64,000 nucleotides of DNA from Octopus vulgaris (GCA_951406725.2 OX597823.1:7440001-7504000), one strand, 5' to 3'. Counted from the first letter of the stretch, positions 28,866-42,716 are shown. Numbers and translations: made by a program. The notes: generated by a model from the letters alone, not told the origin.

Positions 28866-29175
28866 GCATTTTGTCCATCTCTGCATTCTGAGTCAGATTC
28901 AGCCAAGGTTCACTTAGTTTTTTCCATTCTTTCGGTGTCGATAAAATAAGAGTCAATTGAACACTGGGATTGATGTAATAGACTTACCCCACTCCCAAGA
29001 ACCTTGCTGGCTTTGTGCCAAAATTTGAAAGCATCATTTTTTTTTTTTTTTTGTAACTTGAATTTTGTTGGAACTCCTGAAGTTTTGCATGCTTAGCAGG
29101 CCTGCTACTTGCAGCCTATGGTACCATGCTATCCGTTCTTTTCAGCTATCTAATACTTTCCCAATTATTCTGGCC

Positions 29176-29279
<104 letters not shown>

Positions 29280-29342
29280 CATCATCTTTCTCTAAAGTAT
29301 GTGGCCTCCACATATATTAGAAATGAATATTTGTAAAAGTCT

Positions 29343-29733
29343 TGGGTGGTAAAAAGTTTGCTTCCCAAATTGTGGTTTCCGGTTCAGTCCCACAGCATGA
29401 CACCTTAGACAAGTGTCTTCTACTATAGTGTTCAGATGGCCAAAGCCATGTCAGTGGATTTGGTATAAGCGAAGCTAAAAGAAGCCTATATATATATATG
29501 TGTGTGTGTGTGTGTACATACATATATATGTGATTATCTATATATAAATATGCATATGTATACATATGTGTGTGTATATATATATATATATAAATTCATA
29601 AATGTATATTTATTCACATGCATACATAGATATATGTGTGTGTGTATGCACACATACATGCATATATATATATATATATATACACACACATAGATGTATA
29701 TATATGAATCTATTCCTCTATTTTCTTATTTTG

Positions 29734-29785
<52 letters not shown>

Positions 29786-30065
29786 CACACATAGATGCAT
29801 ATATATATAATGGTGTATGAATGCATTTGTGTTTGTATCTCCTTGTCTTAACATCACAGGATAGTCGTAAAAGTGAGTGTCACTGTCATACAAGCAGTGT
29901 CAAAGTCTGGCCATGGGTAAAATATTACTTTGCTTGGAAACAGGTAAGTATTGGTGACAGGAAGGGCATCTGGACATCTGCCTTAACAAACTTCATCTGA
30001 TTCATTCATGCATGGAAAAGTGGACATCAAAATGATGATAATGACGACGATGATGATGATGATGA
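29343..30065 (+). mobile_element. Old family-B-headed SINE with an RTE-like tail and (GAT)n end
   Basis: Head at 29343-29490; GGAAGGGCATC...CATGGAAAAGTGGAC...ATGATGAT tail. Confidence 0.6.
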
Positions 30066-30099
30066 TGGTAATGACTTATTTTTTCATCATTCTCATGAC

Positions 30100-30780
30100 T
30101 CATTTTATATAAGAATTGTTTGGCTCTAACATTCTGGTTATCTCTAATTCCAGATCATTATACATGGATAATTTCTTCAATTGCTTGAGAAATACATTGT
30201 CATCTGTGGGGACTGATGCTTGGATTGGTGGAGAAGGGGTCAAATCTATTTCTGGTGATTCTTGACCAACAATAATCCAGTCAATTTGCCTGAATTTTTC
30301 TTTCTGTACACAAATTGACAAGTTTCAGAGTATGGTGTCCTTGTCATTCTCAGATCTTTTTCTATTGTATGTTTATATAAGACCTCCTTTCTGTTAGTAT
30401 TTCACAATGCTGCTGTAACTTCCAGTATATGTAAACCTTAAACTGTGTCATGCCTGTAAATGTATTTGAAGGATGTGGTTGATCTAATCAACTACACTCC
30501 CCAACAACAATTATGATATTTTACTCACGTTATTTCTGAATACTATTTTACTGCTTAATTATTGTGTTTTCATCATTCTCATATTATTTATCATAAAGGG
30601 AAGCTTCAAGAGCTGTTGAAAGTTCGTGATTGCTTCTTAACTGTGGATTCCAATTCTGTTTTGCTTTGTATCACCTTCTATTTATATACAGAATAAGTCA
30701 ACAACTTTCTCAAACTGCCCTATGCAAAGCTATTTCATTCCCTTTTTTCTGATCTATTTCATGTTGCAAATTCATATTTG
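30100..30780 (-). pseudogene. Decayed non-LTR retrotransposon C-terminus with a restriction-like endonuclease (R4/Dong-like)
   Basis: ASVPTDDNVFLKQLKKLSMYNDLELEITRML resembles the RLE motif DVSVP.D.N...KE.EK..KY.DL..EI.RMW; upstream RHDTV/YIYWK-like remnants. Confidence 0.6.
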
Positions 30781-31226
30781 ACTTATTTATATATATACAC
30801 ACATAGATGCATATATATATATAATGGTGTATGAATGTGTTTGTGTTTGTGTCTCCTTGTCTTAACATCGCAGGATAGTCGTAAAAGTGAGTGTCACTGT
30901 CATACAAGCAGTGTCATTTATTTCCAATATTCTGCAAAGAATAAAAAAAAGTCTGGCCATGGGTAAAATATTACTTTGCTTGGAAACAGGTAAGTATTGG
31001 TGACAGGAAGGACATCTGGCCATCTGCCTTAACAAACTTCATCTGATTCATTCATGCATGGAAAGGTGGATTTATAATACATATTCATCAAGCATGATGT
31101 TCCTACCTATTATTTATATAATAGTTAAGTAGTGGCTTGCCATAGTAGTGACTATTTATATAATAGTTAAGCAGTGAATTAGTCACGATTCCATGTAAAA
31201 GTCTACTGTACATTTGTGATTAAATT

Positions 31227-31815
31227 GGTATACCTACACAAGTGTGCACCCCACCTCCGCACCTTGATTTTATTTCCTCATAACTTTTTCAGAAAAATGG
31301 ATATTTCTTTCATGAAATTTTCTACAAATACCTTTCAGGTGGTGTAGATTACGATTTAATCGGAATTTCTTGTGAAAAACTTTTTTAGAATGCTAAATAA
31401 CAGGAGTTTCGGATGATTCACACGAGTCGACTTTGTTTCCTCCTAACTTTAAAAAGTGGATAGTTTTTTAATGAAATTTTCCCCAAATACCTTGCAGATG
31501 GTATAGATTACGATTATATCGGAATTTATGACGAAAAGTTGATAGGCAAGCACACATACATACAAACACATGTCATATATACACCTCTACAAAATGAGAC
31601 TTGAAATTTTGGTAAAAAAAAACTATGTAATATGTATCAGTGTGTATATTGTGTGCATCGACCAATTTTTTTTTTTTTTTTTTACGTTAAATTCCGATAT
31701 AATCGTAATCTGCACTCTCTGAAAGGTGTTTGTAGAAAATTTCATTTAAAAATATCATTTTCAGAAAGTTATGAGTGAACTAAATCGGGGTTTGGGATAC
31801 ATGTGTAGGTTTGCC
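31227..31815. mobile_element. MITE with long imperfect TIRs
   Basis: GGTATACCTACAC ... GTGTAGGTTTGCC termini; inverted arms of about 130 bp containing TTCTACAAATACCTTTCAG / CTGAAAGGTGTTTGTAGAA. Confidence 0.7.
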
Positions 31816-32539
31816 ATAAAGTTTTAATAAATGATCGTGTCTACTTTAGTAGTGTTTTGTTTTTATTTTTTATTCTAGTACTCGCATTTCACCTATGTTA
31901 ATAAACATTTTTATGTATAAATACATGTTTTATATACGGAGTTAGTCAATTTTGTTGTTACTTTAGGAAAGTTTTTTTTTTTTTAATTCAAAACTTTGTT
32001 GAACGGAAATACAACTCACTGAAAAAAAAAGTCTCGATTTTGGTTAGGAAAAATATCACTAGAAAATAGGTAACATTTTAAAGTTATACTAATATATTAG
32101 CATAGCTCGACAATACGTAACTTTTAGGAACACGCGATTCATATAATGTCCTTACATTTACGTGAAAAACTTCTGTTCATTATAATAATTACAATAGTTA
32201 TCCCGACCCAAAGAGGAAAATATAAGTTTACATTTCAATTTTTCCTGGATTCGCCAACAACAAAACTTTTAACCTTATCTCAACAAGCTTGCATCAAATA
32301 TCTGTGTATGCGTGTATGTGTGCGTGCATAACGAAATTTCTCTTTCACTTCCAAAATATTTTTTCAGCTTCAAATGCCTGTGCACGGGACTACTGTAAAC
32401 AACAAACATTTTCGTGTATATTTAGCTGTGTTTCCTGCTTTAATGATCTTCACAGATTTTCGTTTGACCCTACTGTGATACTCAAAGCACGCAAGGACAC
32501 ACAAGTGCATAAGAATGAGTGCAAATGTTTGCTTCATAA

Positions 32540-32656
<117 letters not shown>

Positions 32657-32712
32657 ATATATACATATATGTATATGTGTATATATACGTAGGTATATAT
32701 ATATATAGATGC

Positions 32713-32761
<49 letters not shown>

Positions 32762-33013
32762 CATATATATATATAGGGTGTTGATATATGCATTTACCTA
32801 TGCATACATCCGTGTTTTAATTTTTGGTGTATACAATAGTTACTTGTGTGTGAGTATGTATGCATGTATATTTTACTAAAACACATGTTGCTCTATGAGT
32901 GTATGCGTGTGTGTGCGTATGTGTGTACGTGTGAGTGTGTGTACAGGCACACAGACATGCATACACTGTATACGTTTATGTACAGGTATATGTGTGTATA
33001 TAATGTATATGTT

Positions 33014-33059
<46 letters not shown>

Positions 33060-33075
33060 TAAACATAATTTTAAA

Positions 33076-33484
33076 CGCAGGAGTGGCTGTGTGGTAAGAA
33101 GCTTGCTTCCCAATCACATGGTTCCGGGTTCAGTCCCATTGCGTGGCACCTCGGTCAAGTGTCTTCTGCTATACATAGCTTCAGGCTGACCAAATCCTTC
33201 TGAGTGAATTTGGTAGACGAAAACTGAAAGAAACCCGTCGTGTGTGTGTTTGTGTGTGCGGTCGAGGGATCACGTGTTCGAATTTCAGATTGGGCGATTT
33301 GCGCGTTTATGAGCGAAACACCTAAGGTCCACGTGGCTCCGGCAGAAGGTGACAGGGAACTTCTGCTGTGATAGCGCACTTTCCCTTTCTCTTTCCACCT
33401 GCATCTACCAGCTCAGTTGTGACCTTTCCACTAATAAAACCGGAAACCGACCCTTATGAGCCAGGTATGGCGCGAGATGGAATA

Positions 33485-33529
<45 letters not shown>

Positions 33530-33895
33530 TATTTATATAATAATTGTTTCAGTCGTTAGATTACGGCCATGTTCGAAAGAATTGAGCCCAGTACTTTCGC
33601 TTAAAGCCTGGTATTTATTCTATCGGTCTCTTTTGCAGAGCCGCTACCTATGGAGACGTAAACACACCAACACCGGTCGTCAAGTAGTGGGTGGGAAACT
33701 AACACACACACACGTGTGTGTGTGTATATATATACATATATATATGACGTGTATATATATATACGACGGATTACCGTCTTGCAAATCTACTTTGGTCGGC
33801 ACAAAGCTATTGTAGGAGACATACGCTTAAGGTGACACACAGTGGGACTGAACCCGGAACCATGTGGTTGGGAAGCGGACATCTTACCGCAGACA
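33076..33895. mobile_element. SINE cluster: family B head (+, 33076-33241), family C fragment (+, about 33260-33475), old family B copy (-, about 33545-33895)
   Basis: Similarity to other copies in the window. Confidence 0.75.
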
Positions 33896-33917
33896 CAGAT
33901 AAACATATTATATACGC

Positions 33918-33993
<76 letters not shown>

Positions 33994-34014
33994 CATTTCT
34001 TTTCTTTCTTTTAT

Positions 34015-34211
34015 ATGTTTCAGTCATTTGACTGCGGCCATGCTGGAGCACCGCCTTTAGACGAATCAAATCGACCTCAGGACTTATTCTTTGTAAGCCT
34101 AGTACTTATTCTATCGGACTCTTTTGTCGAACCGCTATCTTAAGGGGACGTAAACACACCGGCATCGGTTGTCAAGCGATGTTGGGTGACAAACACAGAT
34201 ACACAACATAT

Positions 34212-34282
<71 letters not shown>

Positions 34283-34422
34283 TACGACGGGCTTCTTTCA
34301 GTTTCCGTCTACCAAATCCACTCACAAGGCTTGGTCAGCCCGAAGCTATAATAGAAGACACTTGTCCAAGGTGCCACGCAGTGGGACTGAACCCGGAACC
34401 ATGTGGTTGGTAAGCAAGCTAC
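34015..34422 (-). mobile_element. SINE family B
   Basis: Reverse complement of family B. Confidence 0.87.
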
Positions 34423-34477
34423 TTTATCATGTATGCATAATATGAATATATATATGCATAATATAAATTCATATTAC

Positions 34478-34510
<33 letters not shown>

Positions 34511-34955
34511 TATATATATACATTATGTACATATTATATATATTCTATATATATTATATATATTTATATTATATATACCCAATTTATATTCTAGTATGTT
34601 ACATTTTAATAATTACTGGTATCTTTATATATTAATATATTTCATATGTAAAGCGTATGTTATACATGTATGTATATTCTTGTAATTGTCGTTATAGTAA
34701 ATAAATAAGTTGACATAATACAATGTCTAAACGTTGATGAACCACCTTGATAGGTGATTGATCCCTCCATTTTATTATTACTCTATATCATATATATATT
34801 ATATATATTATCTATATATATTATATATTTATCATATATATATATACATATTATATATATATATTATACATATATATTATATATATATATATTATATATA
34901 TAGACATCAACCCATGCTAACATGGAAAGCGGACGTTAAATGATGATGATGATAG

Positions 34956-34986
<31 letters not shown>

Positions 34987-35091
34987 TATATATATCATAT
35001 ATATTTTTTATATACATTATGTATATATATATACATATTATATAATATATATATTATGCATATATATAATATACATAATATATATATTATG

Positions 35092-35128
<37 letters not shown>

Positions 35129-35200
35129 CACCAGGTGTATATTTATCAAAGTTAGTATTATTATCATTATTATTATTAATATTATTATTATTATTATTAA

Positions 35201-35257
<57 letters not shown>

Positions 35258-35269
35258 ATATAATAAGCC

Positions 35270-35419
35270 GTATGGTAAGTAGCTTGCTTACTAAACACAT
35301 GGTTCCGGGTTCAGTTTCACTGTGTAGCACCTTAGGCAAGTGTCTTTTACTATAGCTTCGGACCGACCAAAGCCTTGTGAGTGGATTTGCTAGACGGAAA
35401 CTGAAAGAAGCCCGTCGTA

Positions 35420-35503
<84 letters not shown>

Positions 35504-35745
35504 TGTATGTATGAATGAATGTAAGTGTGCGTGTATACGTTTGTGTGTCTGTGTTTGTCTCCCCCAACATCGCTTGAGTACCGATACTGGTGTGTTTACG
35601 TCCCCGTAAGTTAGCGGTTCGGCAAAAGAGTCCGATAGAATAAGTACTAGGCTTACAAAGAATAAGTCCTGAGGCCGATTTGATTCGACTAAAGGCGATG
35701 CTCCAGTATGGCCGCAGTCAAATGACTGAAACAAGTAAAAGAGTA
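35270..35745 (+). mobile_element. SINE family B
   Basis: Head through to tail. Confidence 0.87.
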
Positions 35746-35858
35746 ATATATATATATATATATATATATATGATATATATTATATATGTATATCATACAC
35801 ACACACACTCACATATATATATACACACATATATATATACATATATATATATATACAC

Positions 35859-35947
<89 letters not shown>

Positions 35948-36091
35948 TTTTTTTTTATTATTATTATTAGCATTATTATTATTAGCATTATTCTGCATTT
36001 GAGAATTTAAAATCACTTCTTTAACTTTCTAAGACATCTCAATGCTTCTCAAGCAAACTTCGTTTGTTTGTTTACATTCATCGTAATTTCC

Positions 36092-36140
<49 letters not shown>

Positions 36141-36638
36141 TTCTATATGGTATCACCCATCGGACAGCATCAATGCTGGATCAGTACCTTGTAGACAACT
36201 AGTGTTTCCCCCACACTTGCTATTCTGCTCATTTTTGTCAACTACACCTGTTTCACTTTGATAGTGAAACTTATGTTTCCCATATGGCTTCTGATGTGTG
36301 CCTTTTTTTAACGGTTCTGACCCTCGGAAATCTCCCGTACACACCATCAAATGTGACCGGAGCATTAGGAAAATTGTAACCGTATTTTCATAATTCTCCG
36401 TCTATCTGTCTCCTTTGTCGAACAGCTAACTTACGGGTATGTCAACAAACTGACAGTGATTGTGAAGCGCATGTGGATAAACGAAGGGTACTACTTGACA
36501 ACAGTGGTCATGACTGGTCGATCCTTACTTTGTGTTTTTGTGTTATTTACTTTGTTTAAAAAATTATTTACTTTGTGTTTTATTTACTTTGCTAAGTATT
36601 CGTTGTAGGATCGACTAGTCACGACTATCTAGCGCGGA

Positions 36639-36756
36639 TGCGCGACTACGCGAGTGCGCGACTACGCGAGTGCGCGACTACGCGAGTGCGCGACTACGCG
36701 AGTGCGCGACTACGCGAGTGCGCGACTACGCGAGTGCGCGACTACGCGAGTGCGCG
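36639..36756. repeat. Perfect 16-bp CpG-rich minisatellite (TGCGCGACTACGCGAG)x7.4
   Basis: Seven identical units from 36639 to 36750, followed by TGCGCG. Confidence 0.95.
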
Positions 36757-36839
36757 CACCGGGACCACTGTTCTCAAGTATTACCTAAACAAAGACCTAT
36801 ACATACATACATACATACATACAAACATATATACATACA

Positions 36840-36876
<37 letters not shown>

Positions 36877-36987
36877 TTTGCGTATATATATATAACTTAG
36901 ACTTAGATAAACTTAGATATGTTTCGACCAAAGATTGGTCCAGGCCATGTCTAACTTAATAGCACCACCTGATAGGATTATTTTAAT

Positions 36988-37038
<51 letters not shown>

Positions 37039-37051
37039 CATACATATTTAT

Positions 37052-37217
<166 letters not shown>

Positions 37218-37263
37218 GTAGGTACGTACATATATGTACATATATATGCATATGTTTTATTTA

Positions 37264-37301
<38 letters not shown>

Positions 37302-37577
37302 AGGTTGAAGGTCTCGCAAGACCTCTCAGTTAAAACTAGCGTATTCACTTAATAGCCTGGCTGCTCAGACAAGAAAAACAACTTGTCAAAACTACGCATA
37401 TTCCTGGACGTGTTTAACTTATCTGCTTTTTGCGGAATAAATCTTGTTTTTCAATTTCGTTTTATATCTACTCCTTGGATGATTGTCATAGCTCTAAAAA
37501 TGTTAAATATTTCAAACAGCACTTTCGAAAAGATTTACCATAATTCTGATGAATCAAGCAGTATGTACTCTTGACTG

Positions 37578-37628
37578 GCATGTGTGTGTGTGTGTGTTGT
37601 GAGTGTGTGTCTGTGTGTGTGTGTGTGC

Positions 37629-37669
<41 letters not shown>

Positions 37670-38003
37670 CATGTGTGTGTCTGTGTGTTTGTGTGTTTGT
37701 GTGTGTGTGTGCGTGTGTGTGTGTGTGTGCATGTGTGTGTGTGCATGTGTGTGTGTGCATGTGCATGTGTGTTTGTGTGTGTGTTGTGTGTGTGTGTGTG
37801 TGCGCGCGTGTGTGCGTGCATGTGTGTGTGTGTGTGTGTGCGTGCATGTGTGTGCGTGTGCGTGTGCATGTGTGTGTGTGTGCATGTGTGTGTGTGTTTG
37901 TGTGTGTGTGTTTGTGTTTGTGTGTGTGTGTGTGCGTGTGTGTGTGTGCATGTGTATGTGTGTGCATGTGTGTGTGTGTTTGTGTGTGTGTGTTTGTGTG
38001 CGC

Positions 38004-38041
<38 letters not shown>

Positions 38042-38075
38042 ATGTGTATGTGTGTTTGTGTGTGTGTGTGTGTGT
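37578..38075. repeat. (GT)n compound microsatellite
   Basis: Direct reading. Confidence 0.95.
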
Positions 38076-38377
38076 TCATTCACATTACCATGTTTGCTTT
38101 CATTAGTGGCCAACAAAGCCAGTAAAGAGACAAAAAATAAATAATGAAGACCCTTTTGTCAAACTCTGTACAACCAGATATTATTATTATTATTATTATT
38201 TGTTGATCTAGTGATTTGACAGCGGCCATGCTGGAGTACCACCTTATAGAAATGGACCCCAGTACATCTTTTACCCAATTTTTTTTTTTAAAGCCTGATT
38301 CTTATCCTGTCGATCTTTTATGCCGAAATGTAAAGTTATCGGGATGTAAAGCAACCAACAACGGTTATCAAGCAGTA

Positions 38378-38436
<59 letters not shown>

Positions 38437-38514
38437 AAACATAAATATTATACATACATGTATAATATTTATACATATATGCGTGTGTGTGCGTGCGCGT
38501 ATAAATATATATAT

Positions 38515-38794
38515 CACCGTGACCGACCAGGCTATCAGATGTTGCTACACATCGCTGGTCACAATGCGCTTCGCATTGTTTTAGCCTTCAAATGACGCCA
38601 CCCCGTTGGCTAAGCGAGCAGGCCAACAGAAGAAAGAGTGAGAGAAAGTTGTGGTGAAAGAGTACAGCAGGGATCGCCACCACCACCCTGCTGGAGCCTC
38701 GTGGAGCTTTAGGTGTTTTCGCTCAATAAACACTCACAACGCCCGGTCTGGGAATCGAAACCGCGATCCTACGACTGGGCCATTGCGCCTCCAC
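38515..38794 (-). mobile_element. SINE family C variant
   Basis: GAGTGAGAGAAAGTTGTGG...GGGAATCGAAACCGCGATCC...CCATTGCGCCTCCAC. Confidence 0.8.
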
Positions 38795-38862
<68 letters not shown>

Positions 38863-38926
38863 CAACAGGTACATTATTTTCATTATTTACATTTGACGGA
38901 TATTTGTCCTCATCTTGATTGTTGAT

Positions 38927-38972
38927 AACACAACGTTTCGGCTGATATACCCTCTAGCCTTCATCAGGTGTT
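38927..38972 (-). ncRNA. Minimal type I hammerhead ribozyme motif
   Basis: AACAC-CUGAUGA-A-GGCU[AGAGGGUAUAUC]AGCC-GAAA-CG-UU-GUGUU; stem I AACAC/GUGUU is perfect and AACGUU at stem III is palindromic. Confidence 0.7.
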
Positions 38973-39045
38973 TTGGGGAAATTTCGAACCTGTGTTCTCA
39001 TTCCTAAGGTATTTTTCGATTTGTTTTTATTATTATTATTATTGA

Positions 39046-39100
<55 letters not shown>

Positions 39101-39256
39101 TATTATTATTATTTCTTTACTACCCACAAGGGGCTAAACACAGAGAGGACAAACAAGGACAGACAAACGGATGTAATCGACTTAATCCGTTTGTCTGTCC
39201 TTGTTTGTCCTCTCTGTGTTTAGCCCCTTGTGGGTAGTAAAGAAATAATAATAATA

Positions 39257-39302
<46 letters not shown>

Positions 39303-39521
39303 TCACTGCCTAGAATCGAACTCGGAATATTGGTGTTAGTAGCCCGTGCTCTTAACCCCTACGCCATATGCCCCGATGGCTACTAACCCCAACATTCCGA
39401 GTTCGATTCCTGGCAGTGACCTGAATACTACTACTACTACTACTACTACTAATAATAATAATAAAAATAATAAATAAAAAAATACCTTAGGAATGAGAAC
39501 CCAGGTTCGAAATTTCCCCAA

Positions 39522-39567
39522 GACACCTGAAGAAGGCTGGAGGGTATATCAACCGAAACGTTGAGTT
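39522..39567 (+). ncRNA. Degenerate copy of the same hammerhead motif
   Basis: GACAC-CUGAAGA-AGGCUGG...CAACC-GAAA-CGUU-GAGUU; one mismatch each in stems I and II. Confidence 0.5.
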
Positions 39568-39759
39568 AACAACAAACAAGATGGGGACAAATTTCCGTCA
39601 AACATGACAATAGAAACGCACACACACACACACACACAGATACACACATCGTATACAAATATATGCACACAATTATATTCCTATATGTACATACATGCTC
39701 ATTATATATATATAAATGTGTGTATGTATATACAAATACATGTATGTATGTATCTCTCT

Positions 39760-40105
39760 CTACTTGTTTCAGTCATTTGACTGTGGCCTTGCTGGAGCAC
39801 CGCCTTTAGTCGAACAAATCGACCCCAGGACTTATTCTTTGTAAGCCTACTACTTATTCTATCGGTCTCCTTTGCTGAACCGCTAAGCTACGAGGACGTA
39901 AACACACCATCGGTTGTCAAGCGATGTTGGAGGTGGTGACAAACAGAAACACATACACTCACATACATATACATATATACAACGGGCTTCTTTCAGTTTC
40001 CGTCTACCAAATCCACTCACAAGGCTTTGGTCAGTCCGAGGCTATAGTAAAAGCCACTTACCCAAAGTGCCACGCAGTGGGACTGAACCCGGAACCATGT
40101 GGTTG
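39760..40105 (-). mobile_element. SINE family B
   Basis: Reverse complement of family B, head truncated. Confidence 0.85.
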
Positions 40106-40298
40106 TATATATATATATATATAGGTATGTTGAAGCAACCAGGAAAAGTAGACTCAAAATGAGTATATGTATATTTTTATTAATATTTAACTGAAGTAAC
40201 AGAGTGACTCAAGGCCCGAGAGTTTCGTATATTGTCACGTGGCATTGTACGAAACTCTCAAACCTTGAGTCACTATTATTTCTGATATATATATATAA

Positions 40299-40353
<55 letters not shown>

Positions 40354-40424
40354 TATATACATATATATATATACATATATATACATATATATACATATAT
40401 ATATATATATACACATATATATAC

Positions 40425-40474
<50 letters not shown>

Positions 40475-40774
40475 GACACCCGCTGTTTTCGTCCTGTTTT
40501 TACCATTATTGTTTTTTGTATTTTATATTCGCGTGGCATCGTCCGTTTTTCTGTCCCTGTTTCGTATACATTCGATCCTTCTTCCAAGAAATCTAATGCT
40601 CGTAGCTTAGTTTTTCCTTGGGGCTGGCCGGATCGGAGCGATCTCAAGATTAATCAGCCGAAATTGCTACGATGATCCGGTTCTTGACTGAAGATTGAAG
40701 GCTTCGAATGTCCCGTCCGTGTTTTTTGTATCGTCTTCTAAATGTTTACATTCTTGTCCCAGTTTTTATTTTTC

Positions 40775-40824
<50 letters not shown>

Positions 40825-41533
40825 TTTTATTAAAGCTGCAAAATTATCATAAAAACTGTTACTCAAAGTTTCACATTCCCGTCTGTCGGACAGTTATGAT
40901 GGAACTCTGTGAAATAGTTTCTGTGATAATTTTGGAGCTTTAATAAAAGCATATCACTCTACCTTTGGTTTTCAAGAACTATTTTTCCACCTTGTTTTCC
41001 ACTCATGAGCTCACCTGTATGTGTGTATATTATTTTTAGGAAGGTAAAAGGTATGTCCTGTCATAGAGTGACCATGGGTTTTGCACCTATAAAGAGCTTA
41101 GCAGTAGAGGCGACTCGTTAGACTCAAATATTTGAAAGGGCGATTCTTTTCCGGATATATGGACTACTGAAAGCTATAAATAACAGAGCATAAATTTTGG
41201 GTTAAAACCCTTAGGCTAGAAAAAGCCGAAGACTGCCCCTAAAACTTGAACCTACATATCCTGTAAACGTGACACAATCATCATCGTTTTAACGTCCACC
41301 TTTCTATAGTTGCACGGTCGGCTAGAATTCGTTGAGGTAGGTTTCCTGCAGCTGAATGGCTTTCTTTTCTTCAACTGTCACCTGTCTCCTGCTTCAAAAG
41401 CAAGATTATATTTTCTCCATTGCCTGACATATTTCCAGGGAGATTGGAGACGAATTGCACCGCTTGTATGAAGGCGATGCTCGTTTACACATATCAACTA
41501 ATATGAAAACAAGGTGACACATGAACACACGCA

Positions 41534-41915
41534 TGGAAGCACTCCGTCGGTTACGACGATGAGGGTTCCGGTTGATCCGATCAACGGAACAGCCTGCTCG
41601 TGAAATTAACGTGTAAGTGGCTGAGCACTCCACAGACACGTGCACCCTTAACGTAGTTCTCGGGGATATTCAGCGTGACACGGAGAGTGACAAGGTCGGC
41701 CCTTTGAAATACAGGTACAACAGAAACAGGAAGTAAGAGTGAGAGAAAGTTGTGGTGAAAGAGTACAGCAGGGATCACCACCATCCCTGCCGGAGCCTCG
41801 TGGAGCTTTAGGTGTTTTCGCTCAATAAACACTCACAATGCCCGGTCTGGGAATCGAAACCGCGATCCTACGACCGCGAGTCCGCTGCCCTAACCACTGG
41901 GCCATTGCGTCTCCA
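41534..41915 (-). mobile_element. SINE family C, full length
   Basis: Minus-strand tRNA-like head TGGCCCAGTGGTTAGGGCAGCGGACTCGCGG..GGTTTCGATTCC. Confidence 0.87.
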
Positions 41916-42535
41916 CACACACGCATACGTATGACTGGCTTCTTTCAGTTTCTGTTTTGCGGATCCTTTCACAAGGCTTTTGTCAGCTCAGGACTATAGT
42001 GTAGAAGACATTTACGCAAAGTCCCACGCAGTAAGAACCAAACCAAAACCATGTGGCCGATAGTTATTTTAGATTTTAATTATTTCTGTGGAAGGTTTTG
42101 GAACGTGATAGTCGAGATATAACTGTACATATATGGGCACAGTGGTCAGTTCTGGGTTGAGAAATAAAAATTAATTTTATGGTTTGTTATTGTTTATATT
42201 TTGAATTATATAATCTTTTATGAGGCACCAAAATCTTTTGTGCTTAGGACCTCGATGGGTCTTAATCCGGCCCTGGAGGTCACACAGTATGTAAGCATGT
42301 TGTTGTTCACAATCTTCCATACAAGGAAAATGTTCAGTTATTGCGAGGTGCTACATGACGAAGTAACATATTACTTGAAAACAAGCGAGTGTAGGCATCA
42401 GGTAGAGCATCCGTCTGTAGGAAATATGCCTTTACTGGACATATGAAAGTATGGAAATGTAGACAAAAAAACAATGTTGATGATATATATGTATGTGTTT
42501 GTGTATATGTATGTGTGTGCTTGCGTGCGTGTATG

Positions 42536-42622
<87 letters not shown>

Positions 42623-42631
42623 GTAGGTAGG

Positions 42632-42716
<85 letters not shown>

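Larger units (their letters stand above)
38868..39603. mobile_element. Head-to-head pair of tRNA-headed, hammerhead-tailed SINE-like elements with an internal fold-back
   Basis: Minus copy: head 39374-39298 and tail 39016-38868. Plus copy: truncated head 39378-39425 and tail about 39478-39603. The two tails are inverted homologues. Confidence 0.72.

Noticed and set aside
39298-39374. Possible tRNA gene (also the heads at about 41840-41915 and 43455-43528)
   Set aside because: Acceptor stem not properly formed, no T-run terminator, and continuous with repeat bodies, so these are SINE heads.
40600-40720. Hammerhead candidate GGCTG...CAGCC-GAAA in the repeat family also seen near 17320-17480 and 49920-50080
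   Set aside because: No CUGANGA directly before stem II and no convincing stem I or UH site.
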